64,000 bases of DNA from Pecten maximus (Eukaryota), in assembly GCF_902652985.1 (NCBI RefSeq), contig NC_047025.1, forward strand, positions 40,920,001 through 40,984,000, given 5' to 3'. Each line of letters begins with the position of its first letter. The stretch's first letter is position 1. The notes beneath the pieces were generated by a model. The model was not told the DNA's origin. It searched no databases and worked only from the letters and a program-made list of their open reading frames with translations. The position numbers and the translations under genes are program-made. This document shows positions 61,901 to 64,000 of this stretch, piece by piece.

Positions 61901-64000
61901 CCTGTCAGTACCAGTACAGAATTCCTGTAACCATCAGTCTAATGTCTCATGTCAGTACCAGTAACAGAATTCCTGTAATCATAAGTCTGTATCCTGTCAG
62001 TACCAGTACAGAATTCCTGTAATCATAAGTCTGTATCCTGTCAGTACCAGTACAGAATTCCTGTAATCATAAGTCTAATATATCCTGTCAGTACCAGTAC
62101 AGAATTCCTGTAATCATAAGTCTGTATCCTGTCAGTACCAGTAACAGAATTCCTGTAACCATAAGTCTAATGTCTCATGTCAGTACCAGTACAGAATTCC
62201 TGTAATCATAAGTCTGTATCCTGTCAGTACCAGTAACAGAATTTCTGTAATCATAAGTCTAATGTATCCTGTCAGTACCAGTACAGAATTCCTGTAACCA
62301 TAAGTCTGTATCCTGTCAGTACCAGTAACAGAATTCCTGTAACCATCAGTCTGTATCCTGTCAGTACCAGTACAGAATTCCTGTAATCATAAGTCTGTAT
62401 CCTGTCAGTACCAGTAACAGAATTTCTGTAACCATAAGTCTGTATCCTGTCAGTACCAGTAACAGAATTCCTGTAATCATAAGTCTGTATCCTGTCAGTA
62501 CCAGTAACAGAATTCCTGTAACCGTAAGTCTGTATCATGTCAGTACCAGTACAGAATTCCTGTAATCATAAGTCTAATGTCTCCTGTCAGTACCAGTACA
62601 GAATTCCTGTAATCATAAGTCTGTATCATGTCAGTAACAGTACAGAATTCCTGTAACCATAAGTCTAATGTCTCCTGTCAGTACCAGTACAGAATTCCTG
62701 TAATCATAAGTCTGTATCCTGTCAGTACCAGTAACAGAATTCCTGTAATTATAAGTCTAATGTCTCCTGTCAGTACCAGTAACAGAATTCCTGTAACCAT
62801 AAGTCTAATGTCTCCTGTCAGTACCAGTAACAGAATTCCTGTAATCATAAGTCTAATGTCCCCTGTCAGTACCAGTAACAGAATTCCTGTAATCATAAGT
62901 CTAATGTCCCCTGTCAGGACCAGTACAGAATTCCTGTAATCATAAGTCAAGTGTCTCCTGTCAGCACCAGTACAGAATTCCTGTAACCATCAGTCTGTAT
63001 CCTGTCAGTACCAGTAACAGAATTCCTGTAATCATAAGTCTGTATCCTGTCAGTACCAGTAACAGAATTCATGTAATCATAAGTCTAATGTCTCCTGTCA
63101 GTACCAGTACAGAATTCCTGTAATCATAAGTCTCTCCTGTCAGTACCAGTACAGAATTCCTGTAATCATAAGTCTGTATCCTGTCAGTACCAGTAACAGA
63201 ATTCCTGTAATCATACGTCTGTATCCTGTCAGTACCAGTAACAGAATTCCTGTAATTATAAGTCTAATGTCTCCTGTCAGTACCAGTAACATAATTCCTG
63301 TAACCATTAGTCTAATGTCTCCTGTCAGTACCAGTAACAGAATTCCTGTAATCATAAGTCTGTATCCTGTCAGTACCAGTACAGAATTCCTGTAATCATA
63401 AGTCTAATATATCCTGTCAGTACCAGTACAGAATTCCTGTAATCATAAGTCTGTATCCTGTCAGTACCAGTAACAGAATTCCTGTAACCATAAGTCTAAT
63501 GTCTCATGTCAGTACCAGTACAGAATTCCTGTAATCATAAGTCTGTATCCTGTCAGTACCAGTAACAGAATTTCTGTAATCATAAGTCTAATGTATCCTG
63601 TCAGTACCAGTACAGAATTCCTGTAACCATAAGTCTGTATCCTGTCAGTACCAGTAACAGAATTCCTGTAACCATCAGTCTGTATCCTGTCAGTACCAGT
63701 ACAGAATTCCTGTAATCATAAGTCTGTATCCTGTCAGTACCAGTAACAGAATTTCTGTAACCATAAGTCTGTATCCTGTCAGTACCAGTAACAGAATTCC
63801 TGTAATCATAAGTCTGTATCCTGTCAGTACCAGTAACAGAATTCCTGTAACCGTAAGTCTGTATCATGTCAGTACCAGTACAGAATTCCTGTAATCATAA
63901 GTCTAATGTCTCCTGTCAGTACCAGTACAGAATTCCTGTAATCATAAGTCTGTATCATGTCAGTAACAGTACAGAATTCCTGTAACCATAAGTCTAATGT
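58920..64000. repeat. About 44-48-bp EcoRI-site satellite (CCTGTCAGTACCAGTAACAGAATTCCTGTAATCATAAGTCTGTAT) in a CENP-L intron
   Basis: Over 100 units, with a 2013-bp higher-order repeat. Confidence 0.97.

Noticed and set aside
59332-63867. Repetitive ORFs (MITGILLLVLTG...)
   Set aside because: Satellite translations inside a CENP-L intron.

Overview
Eukaryotic, AT-rich, repeat-rich scaffold with three 500-N gaps; the SINE, HINE and satellite content points to a bivalve mollusc (inference). The window holds a five-copy cluster of mitochondrial choline dehydrogenase (CHDH, GMC oxidoreductase) genes. Copy 1 (3881-9204, +, 4 coding exons, about 1194 aa after removing three single-base insertions) is a multi-domain fusion: mitochondrial presequence, a HAD phosphatase domain with all catalytic motifs, a second degenerate HAD domain, an internal presequence-like linker with MPP-type cleavage motifs, and a canonical CHDH. 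Copies 2-5 are intact two-exon derivatives. They lack the HAD domains, splice into an acceptor made from former HAD coding sequence, and carry substitutions at choline-binding positions (DHLE to DHLD/DHFN; SAYH to TDYH) while FAD-domain sequence is homogenised. Copies 2+3 and 4+5 lie in two mirror-image arms of about 20-23 kb, probably a mis-oriented contig or haplotig rather than a true palindrome. The right end carries the last three coding exons of CENP-L (minus strand) with a large intronic satellite. Many non-autonomous transposons and minisatellites are present, several with empty sites in the opposite arm.
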